Source: an uncultured virus (IMG/VR IMGVR_UViG_3300010379_000002)
Taxonomy: Duplodnaviria > Heunggongvirae > Uroviricota > Caudoviricetes
IMG/VR virus record: IMGVR_UViG_3300010379_000002
Length of the DNA: 64,000 bases
Strand: one strand, 5' to 3'
The notes beneath the pieces are model-generated. The model made no database searches. It was not told the DNA's origin and saw only the letters and a list, made by a program, of their open reading frames with translations. Of the stretch, positions 52,051 through 64,000 are shown piece after piece (within the stretch, counting starts at the first letter, position 1; each line of letters opens with the position of its first letter). Made by a program: the position numbers and the translations under genes.

Positions 52051-52617
52051 ATGAATATAATGCTTGACATCGAAACGCTGAGCACGCACCCAACAAACTC
52101 GGTGGTGCTGAGCATTGGTGTGATGTCCTTCCTCATGCGCGAGGTAGCGCCAACGATCACCGGACACAGCCTATGGGTCCTCAGTCTGAACGAACAGATC
52201 GCGGAAGGTCGCGACATAAGCGCCGAGACTTTGGATTTTTGGGCTGAGCAACCAGCCGCCGCAAAAGATCACTGGCGCCATGGCGAGGCGATACCGGTTG
52301 TCACGGCACTGTCACGACTCACTGCGTTCATTCAGCCAAATCCCAAGCCGGACTATCCGCCGATATGGGCGAACGGGATTTGCTTTGACATCGGCAATCT
52401 CGAAAGCCTTTACCGCTCGTACTCCATGCCGCTCCCATGGAAGTACAACGATCCGCGCGATGCGCGTACTGTCTATCGCGTGCTTCCGAAGTTACGCGAA
52501 CGTCCGCCATATGTGGATACTACCGGCGCCATGCACGACCCCATCGTGGATTGCACTAATCAGATTTGGGGTCTATGGGAGCACTGGTCCTTCCCGGAAG
52601 GGGGCAAACTTTCATGA
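52051..52617 (+). CDS. DEDDh 3'-5' exonuclease (DUF5051/Rv2179c-like)
   Basis: MLDIETL, IWANG..FD..NL, PWKY...RD.RT, HDPIVDC..Q. Confidence 0.88.
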   Translation: MNIMLDIETLSTHPTNSVVLSIGVMSFLMREVAPTITGHSLWVLSLNEQIAEGRDISAETLDFWAEQPAAAKDHWRHGEAIPVVTALSRLTAFIQPNPKPDYPPIWANGICFDIGNLESLYRSYSMPLPWKYNDPRDARTVYRVLPKLRERPPYVDTTGAMHDPIVDCTNQIWGLWEHWSFPEGGKLS

Positions 52618-55600
52618 GCATGTCAATCTGGAAACATGGTCTGCGGAACATCAACGAGCAAGCGATCAAGGTGCCACGAGGCGCCAAGATTCTCAGCACC
52701 GGCTTGCAAGACAAGGACTGGTGTCCCTGCGGAGCTTGCCGCTATACCGGCTACGAGCACAAGTCAGTTCGCCTTGTGCTTTCGTGCGGTCATGAACAAG
52801 TGCGCAAGGCGAGTGCAGGTGTCCCGGCACGAGCGCGCTGCAAAGATTGCGAGCGGGAAAAACAATGAGTGATGAACTTAAGTTCGCTGACCAGACGTAC
52901 ATAGACCGCTTCCTCAAGCCGAATCAGAGGGTGCCGACGCCCGAAGATCGTTCGCCGGAAACTATGAAGGCTATTCGTGAGGCGCGGGAGAAGCGCAAAG
53001 CCGCGAGCAAGGCGGCGCTCTATGCTTTCGGAAGGCGGCAACCGACATGACGCTCAAATTGCACGCGCCCGGCATATGGGTCACCGAGTACATCAACATC
53101 TTCGAACTACCGCAAGACCCAAACCGCAAGACCAAGACTTGGGTCGTGCGAGGCAAGTATGGTGCGACGCTCGGCGGCGTCGTATGGTTCAACAGGTGGC
53201 GCCAGTACGCGTTCCAGCCGAACCCTAAATGCGTATTCGAGGAAGATTGTCTGCGCGACATTGCGCAGTTCGTGGAGGAGAGAACCTATGAGCACAAACA
53301 CCCGGCGGAGTTTCCTGGGGTTCCTAACGCTGACGCCGGCAGTGGCGCTGTCAGTGGGGGCGAAGCAGGTTGACAGGAACTTCGAGTTGTTGCATGAACG
53401 ACTCGTGAAGCTAGAGCAGGGAGACGAGAAACCATGAGCGACTTCCTATTCAAGTGCAAGTCCGCCGACAAGTACCAAGCCAAGTTTGCGCCGAAGTGCA
53501 ATGACGGCAAAGGCTGCGTCATTTGTAACCAGAAGTGGGCGCAGGCTCAGAAAAAGAGGAAGCGCAAATGAACCGAGCACTTTCCTCGTTCCTCTACGTG
53601 CTGTCCAGCTTCGGGCTACTGGCACTGTTCCCATTGCTCGGCATCCTTGGCTTCGCATTGTTCGGCGTTGTTGGTTCATGTCATGAGGTACATCATCATA
53701 GCGATACTCGCGTTGTTGCTCGGCGGCGGCCTTGAGTATGAGCGCGGTCGAGTCCACTACGCCTACGAGCTTGGCAACGCCTACGGCTGTGGCGCGCTCG
53801 CCGAGCGACGAGCGGAATCAGACCACCCCGAAAACACGCCCGAGCGTCCGTGGTGCGCGCAGTATCGTAAGATTTGGGAGAGCGAGTGAACATGAAGCGC
53901 GGGCGACAGGATGCAATCAGAATGAAGCGCGGCATCGTCGTAGCGATCTTCGCCCTGTGCGTGTTCTTTCTATTCAGCATTTTTTGGATGGTGATAGATG
54001 ATCGCCATCAAACTGAACTAGGCACCGCCTACGGCTGCGGCAAAATCGCCGGGCGGTATCTTGAATCGCCTACGGAGGACCCTCTCGACGCGGAGGAACG
54101 CCCGTGGTGCGTTCGGTATCATCAACTATGGGAAATAAAATGATGCACGCGCAGGAGAACGACGAATGAACCTAGATCAGCAAGACTTGCAGCAAGAGTT
54201 CGGCAACAGCACAGTGCATATGATCTCGCATAAGTGCATCATCCTGCTACTGTGCAAAGACAACAAGCTCCGCGCTGTCATGGAGGAGGACGACTTTCCG
54301 GATCGTCCCGCTGGCGCCGCGTGGCCGCTTCCCGCTATCCGCATCTTTGATGACACTGACGATGCGGTCCAGTTCTCCTGTGATGGTCCGCTACAGGACG
54401 AGACGTTCCAGATCGTCGAGCTTGAGGACACAGGCATCTACGATCCGCCTGAGAGCGAGCGGCAATGACTCTCCGGTATCTCGAAGTAAACGAATGGTAT
54501 CCTGTTCTCGAACTCAGTGATGAACAAGGGGTTTGGTCGTCACCCGCCGAGTTCACTGATGAGGAGCTTGCGGACTTCGAGCGAGTGTGCAAAGAGTTCG
54601 ACGACTGGCAGCAAAAACTCGCCGCGCGCTTTGGCGAGGTTCCACACCACTACAAGTGAGGATCGAATGAGTGACAGCCTTAAATTCTGTATTGTCCACA
54701 AAGAGGGAGACGAAGAATATCCTTGGGAACTCAAAGAGTGGGTGGTAGCTCCTCGTTGGTTCGGGCTACGTTGTAATTGGGTGACCGTCGCCACCGCGCG
54801 CAGCGAGCACGACATCATGAGCGCAATGAAGCAACGCAGCGTCCCGACTACCACACGCAAATACTATGACAAGCACGGGGACGAGGATGTCGGCGGTGGC
54901 TGGTGATCCTAAGTGTCCAATGTGCGGCGGTAAGCTAGACCACGACGAAGTGGACATTGGCGTCGGCGTACAGTGGGGTCCTGAATACTGCATCGACTGC
55001 GGGTGGTGCGCCGACTGCGGCGACGAGCTTTTGGATGAAAACTTTGACGACGAGAACTGGCGATGAATAGTCACCCTTATCGACCAATGCGAACGCCATG
55101 GCGCGCGTTTTTCGATTGGGTCCTGTGGCTCATTATGCCTTCGCACAGCTATTGCTGCGTCGACACCGACAGCATGGGATGTCCGGCGCGCTGGCGGCCG
55201 GGACACATCACGCGATTGTGGACTGCCGAGTACGACTCGAAGTGCGATCAGAAAGGCTATACTTACGCTGACATCCGCTATGACGACGGCGCCGACGACC
55301 GTCATCCGTATATGCAGGCGGGCGGATTACGACAGCGGTGCATGTTCTTCAATGAGGAGAACCAGCGGTTCGAGTACACGATATGAAGTGGGTTGAGTTA
55401 ATCGTAGTCCAGGTGCTCTGCGCGACCATCATCGGATGGTGCGCGCTGTACTGGTACGCCATGGCGACGTGTCCGGGATGGCTCTATCTTCCGCACGCCA
55501 CTGTATGTGTGTGTGGAATTGACATGGAAGCCATAGTCAGCAAGCAAGGCGGCCGGCTCCTAATTATCGACAAAGATACCGGCAAGAAGCTCTACTGTCC

Positions 55601-57089
55601 GCCCGACTTCATCCGCCACAAAGATCGCGTGGCTCTCAGTCAGTTGGCGATCACGTTCAATGCCCGGCAGCGGGTGGACATTGAGTTCATTTTGATCTAT
55701 GAAGCCGCAGCGATCTACACGGACCGCCGCGATAATGTACCCAAGAGGACACCATGACACGCGACCAGATGCGAGAGATTCTCGCCGACGAGCTTACCAA
55801 GGCGGCACTTGACGAGAAGTTGGCCCCGCCGCACATGATCGAAGCCATCCGCAAGGGTGAGCATGGTCCCGGTATCGAGGGTGCGCTCCGGGCAATGGAA
55901 CGCGCCGCCGATCAGGCAGTCACCGAGCATCTGCAACGAAACGCGGAGATTGCGTTGACCGCCGAGAAGGGCGAATGACCACATCGCGCCAAATCGAGGC
56001 TGCTTGTCGAGCTTACCTCATGTACTCGGGTGGAGATTATATCTCGTCCGGTCACATGAAGGCTTGTCTCGACGCAGCCGAGCGCGAGCGTATCGAGGAG
56101 CAGCGGGAGGCGTGCGATCACCCGCAGCGATTCGGGAAGGGCGAATTCAACGACGACGGAACCATTGCTGTAACCTGGAACTGTAGCGCCTGTGGCAAGA
56201 CCTGGACATCGACAGAGCCAGCGCACAAGCCCCCACGGTGAATGATGCCTAACCTTGGACACGAACTAGGTTTGCACGAGGCTGACCGCGCCGGATTTGA
56301 GCGCGGCGCGCGCGGCGAAGTATATGAGCCGTGTCCGTATACGCGTGAGGATTATGCGCACGCGTTCTTCGAAGGCTGGCAACGCGGGTGCCGGTGGCGT
56401 GCATCAAAGATAGGTGTTCCGTCAAAGGACTTCGACAAGTTGCGCAGCAAGAAGAACAAGAAACGCTGGAACCGAGCCACACGCGGCGGCTTTGGGAGGA
56501 TGTGATGCTGAAACTGGATGCAACCCCGGACGAAATCAACGCACATAATGCCAGCGTCTACAAAGAGCTTTACCACAATCGAGGGCGCCATCTGCTTTTC
56601 CTCTACACGTTCATATTCAGTACGTTTGCTGGCGCGCTATTCGAGTAGTGGGGGATACGATGACCACAGTCAAAGAACTTCGCCACCATTTCGATACCAC
56701 GCCCGAAGGTCAGCAAGCCACCAAAGAAAGAGCCGCAGGTCGCATCGTGATCGACGACTTCGACGAGTCCTTGCAAGGTTTGATCGACAAGGGACTAGCC
56801 GTGCGTGTCGGCAACGAGGTTGAAATCACGCCGAAGGGCATCCGCTTCTTCGAGGAGGAAACTTTGCGGAGGAAGCAATGAACGAGGACTTGTTTGCGGC
56901 GGCGCGCGCCGAGGCGCGGAGCGGTCCGGAGTTTTGCGAGCGGTGCTCCAGCAAGGGATGGTTGCTTTGCGAGCGGGCGTATCATGGCGAGCGCAGCGAG
57001 TTTTGGAAAGAGACGTGCCCGGATTGCCACGGCTCCGGGAAGAACTTGCTTGGCGGAGCGGCTGACGCGACGGTGCAGGCTGCGGGGGC

Positions 57090-57118
57090 TTGACAGGCAA
57101 AACGGACCGAACTAAGTT
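57090..57118 (+). promoter_or_regulatory. Sigma70-type promoter
   Basis: TTGACA-N17-TAAGTT. Confidence 0.55.
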
Positions 57119-57236
57119 AGCCTGACACAAGGTTCGCTGCGATGATCCAAGCACTCACTGCCCAGGAGGCTCGGCATGAAGAACTAACCCCACGTCTCAT
57201 TGTAGATCAGAGCTATGTTGATGAACAGATGATATG

Positions 57237-57272
57237 GGCCGCTTCCCGGACTTGGACCGGGGGCGGCCTTTG
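57237..57272 (+). terminator. GC-rich hairpin, possible intrinsic terminator
   Basis: GGCCGCTTCCCGG-loop-CCGGGGGCGGCC followed by only a short T run. Confidence 0.45.
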
Positions 57273-57333
57273 CTCTTGACAAGACGCCCGCTGTCTGAGT
57301 AGTGTGCCCGCCGACAACCGAAGGGGAAGTCCC

Positions 57334-57852
57334 ATGGAAAAGCGAAATGATTTTGGTCCCGCCGCGATTGTGTTCGCGCTCGGTCTCGCCATCGCCGCGA
57401 TGTTGTGGGCAGTTAAGCCGTCGCACAGCGCCGAACTCGACGGCGGCACCGTGCTTAAGTATGCCATCGCTCTGCCCGGCGACGGCGGTACGAAGGTCGT
57501 CGCCACGGAGATACCGGCAAGACCGTGCGTCGGACCGACCTGTTTGCTCCCCTGGAAGATCGGGATCGCGATGGGTCTCAAACCGGGACCCGATGAACCG
57601 CCGGTCTTGATGACATATGGCGTCGTTCAACAAGGCTTCGAGACAGAAGCCGAGTGTCGAGGTAAGAAGGGTCTCGGCGATCCGCGCCTCAAGAAAATCA
57701 ACTCCACATTCCAGGCGAAGATGTCACAGAAGCTCGGTTTGCCGCCGGAGGCTATCGTCATCTTTATGGACTGCCTTGACTCGACCAAGATTCCCCCGCC
57801 CCCATCGAAGAAGCCCGAGCCGAAGTTGGCGCCGGGGGAGGAAAGAATTTAA
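57334..57852 (+). CDS. Putative secreted protein
   Basis: Signal-peptide-like N-terminus ending SHSA; own promoter TTGACA-N18-TAGTGT at 57276-57305. Confidence 0.65.
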   Translation: MEKRNDFGPAAIVFALGLAIAAMLWAVKPSHSAELDGGTVLKYAIALPGDGGTKVVATEIPARPCVGPTCLLPWKIGIAMGLKPGPDEPPVLMTYGVVQQGFETEAECRGKKGLGDPRLKKINSTFQAKMSQKLGLPPEAIVIFMDCLDSTKIPPPPSKKPEPKLAPGEERI

Positions 57853-57854
57853 CC

Positions 57855-58298
57855 ATGTACGGACAGCGTTATCAAGGTGAGCCGTGTCGGCGCGGCCACT
57901 CAGGCGAACGCTACGTCAGTAACGATGGATGCGTTGATTGTGTGCTGCAATGGGCATCCGCTCGGCGTCGCACTAGAGGCGAGAAAGTTCGCCCTACGGG
58001 ATCGGTCAATGAGCTACACCGCGAAGCTAAAGCGCGCCGAAAAGGATACGCGCCTCCGCCGCGTGAGGTAGATTGTCCGCCGCGTCCGGCAGATGGTAAG
58101 TGCCAAAGTTGCAAACGAGTGCGCCCGCTAGTGCTCGACCACGATCATTTCACCGGAGCGTTTCGCGGCTGGACTTGTCGCCATTGCAACGTCGGGATTG
58201 GCGTGCTAGGTGATACCGTAGCGGACTTGCAGCGGGCACTCGCTTACCTGCTACGCCACTATGCTCCTGAGTACGAAATAAGAACAGATACGCGATAG
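57855..58298 (+). CDS. Endonuclease VII-family nuclease with N-terminal Zn module
   Basis: PC.RGH..ERYVSN..C..C, then CQSC...LDHDH.TG.FRGW.C..CN..IG...D. Confidence 0.88.
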   Translation: MYGQRYQGEPCRRGHSGERYVSNDGCVDCVLQWASARRRTRGEKVRPTGSVNELHREAKARRKGYAPPPREVDCPPRPADGKCQSCKRVRPLVLDHDHFTGAFRGWTCRHCNVGIGVLGDTVADLQRALAYLLRHYAPEYEIRTDTR

Positions 58299-61200
58299 TT
58301 ATGGTTCAGGTACGCAAAAGTTCGAAATTGAAGCCCGGTCCGCGTCACCGCAGCGCCGAAGCGAAGGCGCTCGCCTTGAAGCACTTTCGTCAGCGCAAGT
58401 TGCCGAATAAGAAGCGGGACGTGGCTCAAAGCCTACAACATCCCGACGATTGGGATTGGTATCCAGACGAGGGCGATCATGGTTGTTGAGCGGCTCACCG
58501 ATTCTCGATACCGCGAACTCGTGTTACTTAGGGACAACATCCCCGCCGACTTGCTATGGGCGTGGCGGAATTGTTGTTGGAGTTCCGCATGTCAGAGCGG
58601 CAAAGCCAAAACCTGTCAACGCTGTTGGGAGAAGCGCGATGGCTGTTGAAGGTTTCGCGACGCCCGGCGGCGCCAAAGAGACGATGGTCGCCAACATTTC
58701 AACCACAACGCGCTTCCCTGTGGAGCGCGCCGACAACGCAACGAGGCCCCCAATGACCCGCGAACCGTGGGATGAGGACGACGAGCCGGCACCCCCGCCG
58801 CCTCCGCCGCCCGCTCCTGTTACTATCTCGAAAGCCCGCACCCCCTTGCGCGATGCGCTTGAGGCACAACTCGCTGCGAAGCGAGCGCAGAGTCCAGGAG
58901 GCGGCACCGGAGGCGCGCCGCGTGGCAATCCCGCTGTCTCGCACACACCGAGCGCGATGCGAATGCAACTTGAAGCGGAGCTTATGCGGCGACAGGGCGG
59001 CGCCCCGCCTATGAGACCGCGTGTCATCCACGCAGGCGGCGGTGGCGGTTACGATCCGCCAGAGGGTGTTGGCTCCGGCGCGCCTCCGCCCGGCGGCGTG
59101 AAAGTGCGATGATCCACGAGGATGTGGTCACTTTGCTCGACACTCTTGCGTTTGGGGTCGTCGTCAGCATGGCTGTGTATCGCTCGATTGACGCTGTTTG
59201 GATCGGCGACTGGATCGGCATCTGGCGCGTGCTCGAAGTTCTTGTAGCTTTCGTCGTAGCCATCGTAGGCGCAAATCTCATAGGACAACATCTATGGGCG
59301 GGTTAAGTCGGCGCAGTCTGTTCGCGGGATTGTTTACGGCGCCAGTCGCTATTGCAGCCGGGATGCCGCTCGGCATGTGGGAGCGGTTTCGGACGTATTG
59401 TGTTGGGTTCAGTGGGATCGTCCCTGTCGTCAACATGACGGTCGAGAACACGGGGGAGTCTGCCTATGCAGCGCACAAGCGGCAATATCCATTTGGTGCG
59501 TACAAGACGGCGCGGGGTCAAACTATCGGTCGAGCCAGACACGCGGCGCTCAACCACGAACTCATGCAAGAGTACGGTTTGCCTGAGTTTCGAGACCTGA
59601 GCGCGTGGTCCAGGAACGTGCTTGAACAGGGGCGGGTATGTACGTGTTCCCGTCCGAACAGTCCTACGGCGAGCGTGTCGCACGGGAGTATTACGGATGG
59701 CAATAGTAGGCGATCTGATTAGTGCAATCGAAACGCTCCGAACAAGGGTGGTCGATCAAGACTCTCCGCGTCTTTATATGAACGATGCCGAGTACGTGTA
59801 CTTCAAAGCGCACGAGTGGATTGACTTTGGAATCGGCATCGAGAAGCGCCGATTCACGAATGCGCAATGCTGTGCGGATACCGGCATTCCGGCGCATGTC
59901 GAAGTTCTTGTAACTCCGCCGACGTATCCAGGAGCGGCAACATGATCGAGGAAGCACTTTACTGTCTCGTCCGCATCGCCTTCGATCTGACGCGCCCGCT
60001 GTTAGCGGCGGAGCATCGCTGGAACCGGAACACGTGCGACGCGGTGCACAATCTTGACATCGCACTCTTGGAGTTGGAGCACGCACATGGGCGACGTGGT
60101 TGAGTTCAAGAGGCCGAGCAAGCCGAGGACCCCGAGCAAGTTCGACGAGCTTTTTGGTTTCGCCGACCTGCCAGACGAGGACTACGAACAAATCCAAAAG
60201 ACGCTGCAAGTGATCTTTGCCATGAGTGAGGACGAGGAATCTGTGAATGTGATCCCGTTCCCGACGCGCCGCGACTTGGCTGAGGATGCGGCGGTTGAAC
60301 TCGTCCGGATGATCGCCGACCGGCACGTCGCGGCTGGACTGCGACCGACGCACGCGCTTAAGCGGATCAATCCAAAGGGCGAACCATTCATCGGTCGGTG
60401 CATTCTGTGCGGGCGCTCCGGCTTCACGGCAGAGGACGCACACAAGGACTGCACCTATGGACGACCTGAAAACAGCCCTGAAAATCCTGTGGGACGGCGC
60501 GCGTAAGGATCCGATCAACGGCGCGATGCTCCCGCTCATTGGCGTCGCCATTCTACTTTGGCTTTGGTGTCTGGGGTGGTTGACTTGGGATGTGATCCAT
60601 GTGCTCGTATGCCATGATCTGTGCTGAGCGCGCCTACACGATGCGCCTTAACGGCTTCACGTCGTCACTACGGTATACGTTCCCGGAGTGTGTTGCATTC
60701 ATGCGGCGGATGCCGTACAAGCCAAAATCAAACTACAACGAAAAGGTCAAGATCGAAGTCTTGTTTGACGACGTGGTGATTTATACCGACATCCGATCAT
60801 GACGATAGACGAGGACATTGAGCGTCTCGAAGGTCCGCGCTGGTTGGTACTGGCACTACAAAGCGCCGAGACGAAGATGTGGAAACGCTCGTACCTGATG
60901 GCGCTCTACGCGCTCAACGTGGTACGGAGCCGCGCGCCTAAGCCGCAGCCCATGACGTTTTTCTACGACCCGCCGGGCAGTGAGTGGCGCGGCTGATATG
61001 GTTAAGCGCGTCACGAAGTACCGGCGATACGTTCCCGCATATCGGAAAGACCTGCGCTGGCGAGCGACAACATGCAACCCGGCTTGGATTTTCGCGTTCC
61101 TCGAAGCGCGTGACCGGCTCCTTCGTTATAACTATCTCAGCAAAGTAGATATAACTGGTTTCGGCGGCTGGAAGGTTAACAGGGTGAGCCGGGCCGAGCT

Positions 61201-64000
61201 TGACAGGTTCTTTTCAGACGAGTAGACATCGCCGCACGTCAAACCCCTACGAGGAGAAGTCCCCTATGACGATCTTACGATTGGTTGCATCCATTGTCGC
61301 CATCACGGCGGTCCTTACGTCGGGGCTGATGCAGTTCGTCGAGTCACTTGCAAAGTCCGCGCCCGCAGCGATGGGAGGGCTTAAGTGACCCTCCCCACCG
61401 AACCGGGTGAGCGACTTGCCGCCGAGGAATACGAAATCATCAAAATGGTGATCGTGACTCTCGGCGTGGGAGCCGCCCTCGTGTTCTTGCTTGGCGGTCT
61501 CGGTCTGCTATGAAAACGGGGCGCACGCGCACCAAGCGTGCGCCTTCCCTTACCTGTTACGACTTGTACTCGGCATACGCCGATGTGCTCACGAGGAAAA
61601 CGAAGATGCGTCTCATTGATTTCGTAGGTCCAGACAAAGGCTGGAAGCCGCGCTGGAATAAGCGCGTCGGCACGTACTGTTCGCCGCGCTGCGGCGCTGG
61701 CTGCACTAGAGCCGCTTGGCGGGAGGCATTTCAGGCTGGTAAGGCGCTCGCAGAGAAGATGGGCACCGGCTGGAAGTGGGTCGTTTGGGAAAACCTTGGC
61801 TGGCACTACAAAGCCGTCAAGGGCGTCGTCGAAATCTATCCGAATATACGGCACAAGAATCATCAGTTGAAGATCATCGGGTATACCTGCTTCATCAACA
61901 GCGCGCACCAATACATCGGAGACGGAAAATCGGCAAGCCTCGCGCTCGCGCGGGCGCTGTTGGGCGCGACCCGCGCCACCGACAAGATCATGAGTGACAT
62001 AGGAGCGGCGGGAAATGGCTAAGATGCCGGAGCCGATCAAGACGAAATCCGGCCGCACAATTCTGCCGGCGCCGCGTATGGAAAGCGAGACAGTGAGTCC
62101 GGCGAAGCGTCGCAAGCAATGGGGCACAGCATTTGCGGACACCGAGGCACGTGAACAGGTCGTTCGGCAGCGGACGCTCGCACAGCGTTGCATGATTCAT
62201 GCCGACAAGATGCAAGGCGAAGGGTGGTACGTGACCGCGAATGTGCTGGCGGCTGCGGCGGAGGCGCTCGACGCCGCCGATACGCTGCGCAAGACTTTGC
62301 CGAGCCACTGGCACGATGATGCGGTTACGAACTTCGACGATGCGGTAAGTCCGCCCGGCATCGACGCGGGGACTGGTCTGCCCGGCGTTGGTTACCCGGC
62401 AAATCTTATCGACATGGAGACGCACTCTAAAGGTCGATCCGCGTGCACGCCACAGCGACGGCGAAGTGCCGGGGCAAATCGCGGTCGGCGACTATCAGGT
62501 TCGTTTTAGTGAAAAAACCGCGCGGAAGGGACGGGAGGAGGGTTCCTGGGGTATTTATCTGCGAGACTACAACGTCCGGCTCGCTTTATTCGCCGAAAAC
62601 AGTGCCAGCCTCCGCCGTGCATTGACCAAGATGTTCGATGCGGCTCATGCGGCGAAGAAATCCGGGAGCGGGATACGTGGCATTATAGCGCGCTCGGAGG
62701 CATACTCTCCGCCGCGCCACAAGTCCGGGAGGATCAAGGATTGAGCGCAGCCCTTCGGTCGAGACGAATAGCGAACGAAAAAGCCGCGCGCGAGCGAGCG
62801 CGCGAGCGAGTACATATTCCGGAAAACCGCGTGTTGGATCGAAACTATGTGATCCCGCTCGGCTTGCAATGCAAGTTGGTCTCGATTATAGTTCATATCG
62901 AGGAAGGCGGCACGGCTGACGGTAGTGAGCATGCTTATCCGGTTTAGACATGCAGGAGCTAGATGTTGATGACTGATAAAATTGACGACGAAATGCGCAA
63001 GCGGCTGGCTGCCATACTTGAGGCTGGCATATCTGATGATACCATGAAGGCCATCAATAAGCAGGTCGAGCATATCCGGTGTGACATCGAGGATGATGTG
63101 ATGTACCGGCTAAAGGACGATCTCGCCCCAAACCTCGCCGCTTTTGCTGCCGATATGGCACAGCGCGCCGTCGAAATGTTGCTTGAGGGTAATGACGATC
63201 AAATGCGGCGCTACCTGTCCTGCGAAAAGCGCGGCGAGGATGGTCAATATATTGGGTGGACCGGGCGCTATGATCCAAAAGCATGGGGTGCGCGGCGGGA
63301 TATTTCCGAACAGCACCCAATCATTCATGGCAAACTATTCGAGCAGGGGTGCGTTGCGCTGCGCAAGCGGATTGTGGACGCCCACCGCGAGTTGCTGGCA
63401 AACGAGCGCATTCTTGATCTTGAAGATCAGGTTAAATCACTGGTCGCCCAAGTGAACAAGGCTAACGCCGAGAAAGAAAGAATGTGGGAGCGTCTTGGTC
63501 ATCTTGAAACGCGGGGATAGTAGTTGCATGTCTAAACCGGATAAGCATGGTAGTGAGGGCGGGCACCCGTTCGATTGGATCGCCCTTCGCGGGCTGCTCG
63601 CCGATCCCGAAGTTCGAGCCTGGGTTGCCGAAATGACTCGGCTCGGGTTCGCGCCAGTGAAACGCGAACGGGATCGGAGAATCGCAGACGCTTGGCGAGA
63701 GCACGATCAGAAAGTCGCAAAGGCTCGGAGGAAGTGATGACTCAGGAACAACTCGTGACAGAGGCCGACGAGGCGGACGACGATGCTTTCGATACCATGA
63801 TGTCGGCGCTCGACGTGTTTTTCCATGTTGCCAAGTGCCCGAACCACTCGAAAGAGGAACGGCAAGAGGCACTCAAAGAAGCGGCGGATGCTTTCGCAGC
63901 CTACGTCGGCTATGACCCGCTCACCGGACCGGAAAATGGGACGGAAGCTGCGGCGAGAGAAGTTGTCGCAGACCTTATCGAGAAATATGTACCGAAGGAC

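Larger units (their letters stand above)
50705..64000 (+). other. Array of ~40 short plus-strand hypothetical genes (early/host-interaction type)
   Basis: Abutting small ORFs with ATGA overlaps, many with CxxC or TM segments; the last ORF (from ~63736) runs off the window. Confidence 0.7.

Overview
This window is part of a GC-rich dsDNA tailed-phage (or prophage) genome. The host is probably an alphaproteobacterium, since the window carries a GapR/DUF2312 gene. It covers the replication, accessory and early regions; I recognise no capsid, tail, terminase, integrase, tRNA or CRISPR genes. From 1 to ~47.5 kb genes run mostly on the minus strand. That arm holds an APSE-like replication set: SNF2-like helicase, family A DNA polymerase, DUF2815 SSB, DUF2800 Cas4-like nuclease, and a plus-strand Prim-Pol/helicase. 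It also holds metabolic genes (ALDH7, lysine/saccharopine dehydrogenase, GmhA, GT9-like glycosyltransferase, cytidine deaminase, HD and MazG-like nucleotidases), an AAA+ ATPase operon, an HslV-like protease, a nuclease/methyltransferase pair and many homing-type endonucleases. A ~1.3 kb repeat-rich non-coding switch region (47.5-48.8 kb) precedes a plus-strand run of small genes that includes a solo TnpB. The most striking observations are: (1) a ~1.55 kb densely base-paired plus-strand region (3.02-4.57 kb) with an endonuclease VII ORF inside it, a candidate giant structured ncRNA; (2) a polymerase intein whose HNH endonuclease is encoded in a separate overlapping reading frame; (3) a dispersed, strongly over-represented 9-mer, TCGTTTTAG; (4) a TnpB with a rearranged RuvC-II site; (5) a split lysine-catabolism gene pair. 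All assignments come from motifs recognised by eye; no searches were run.
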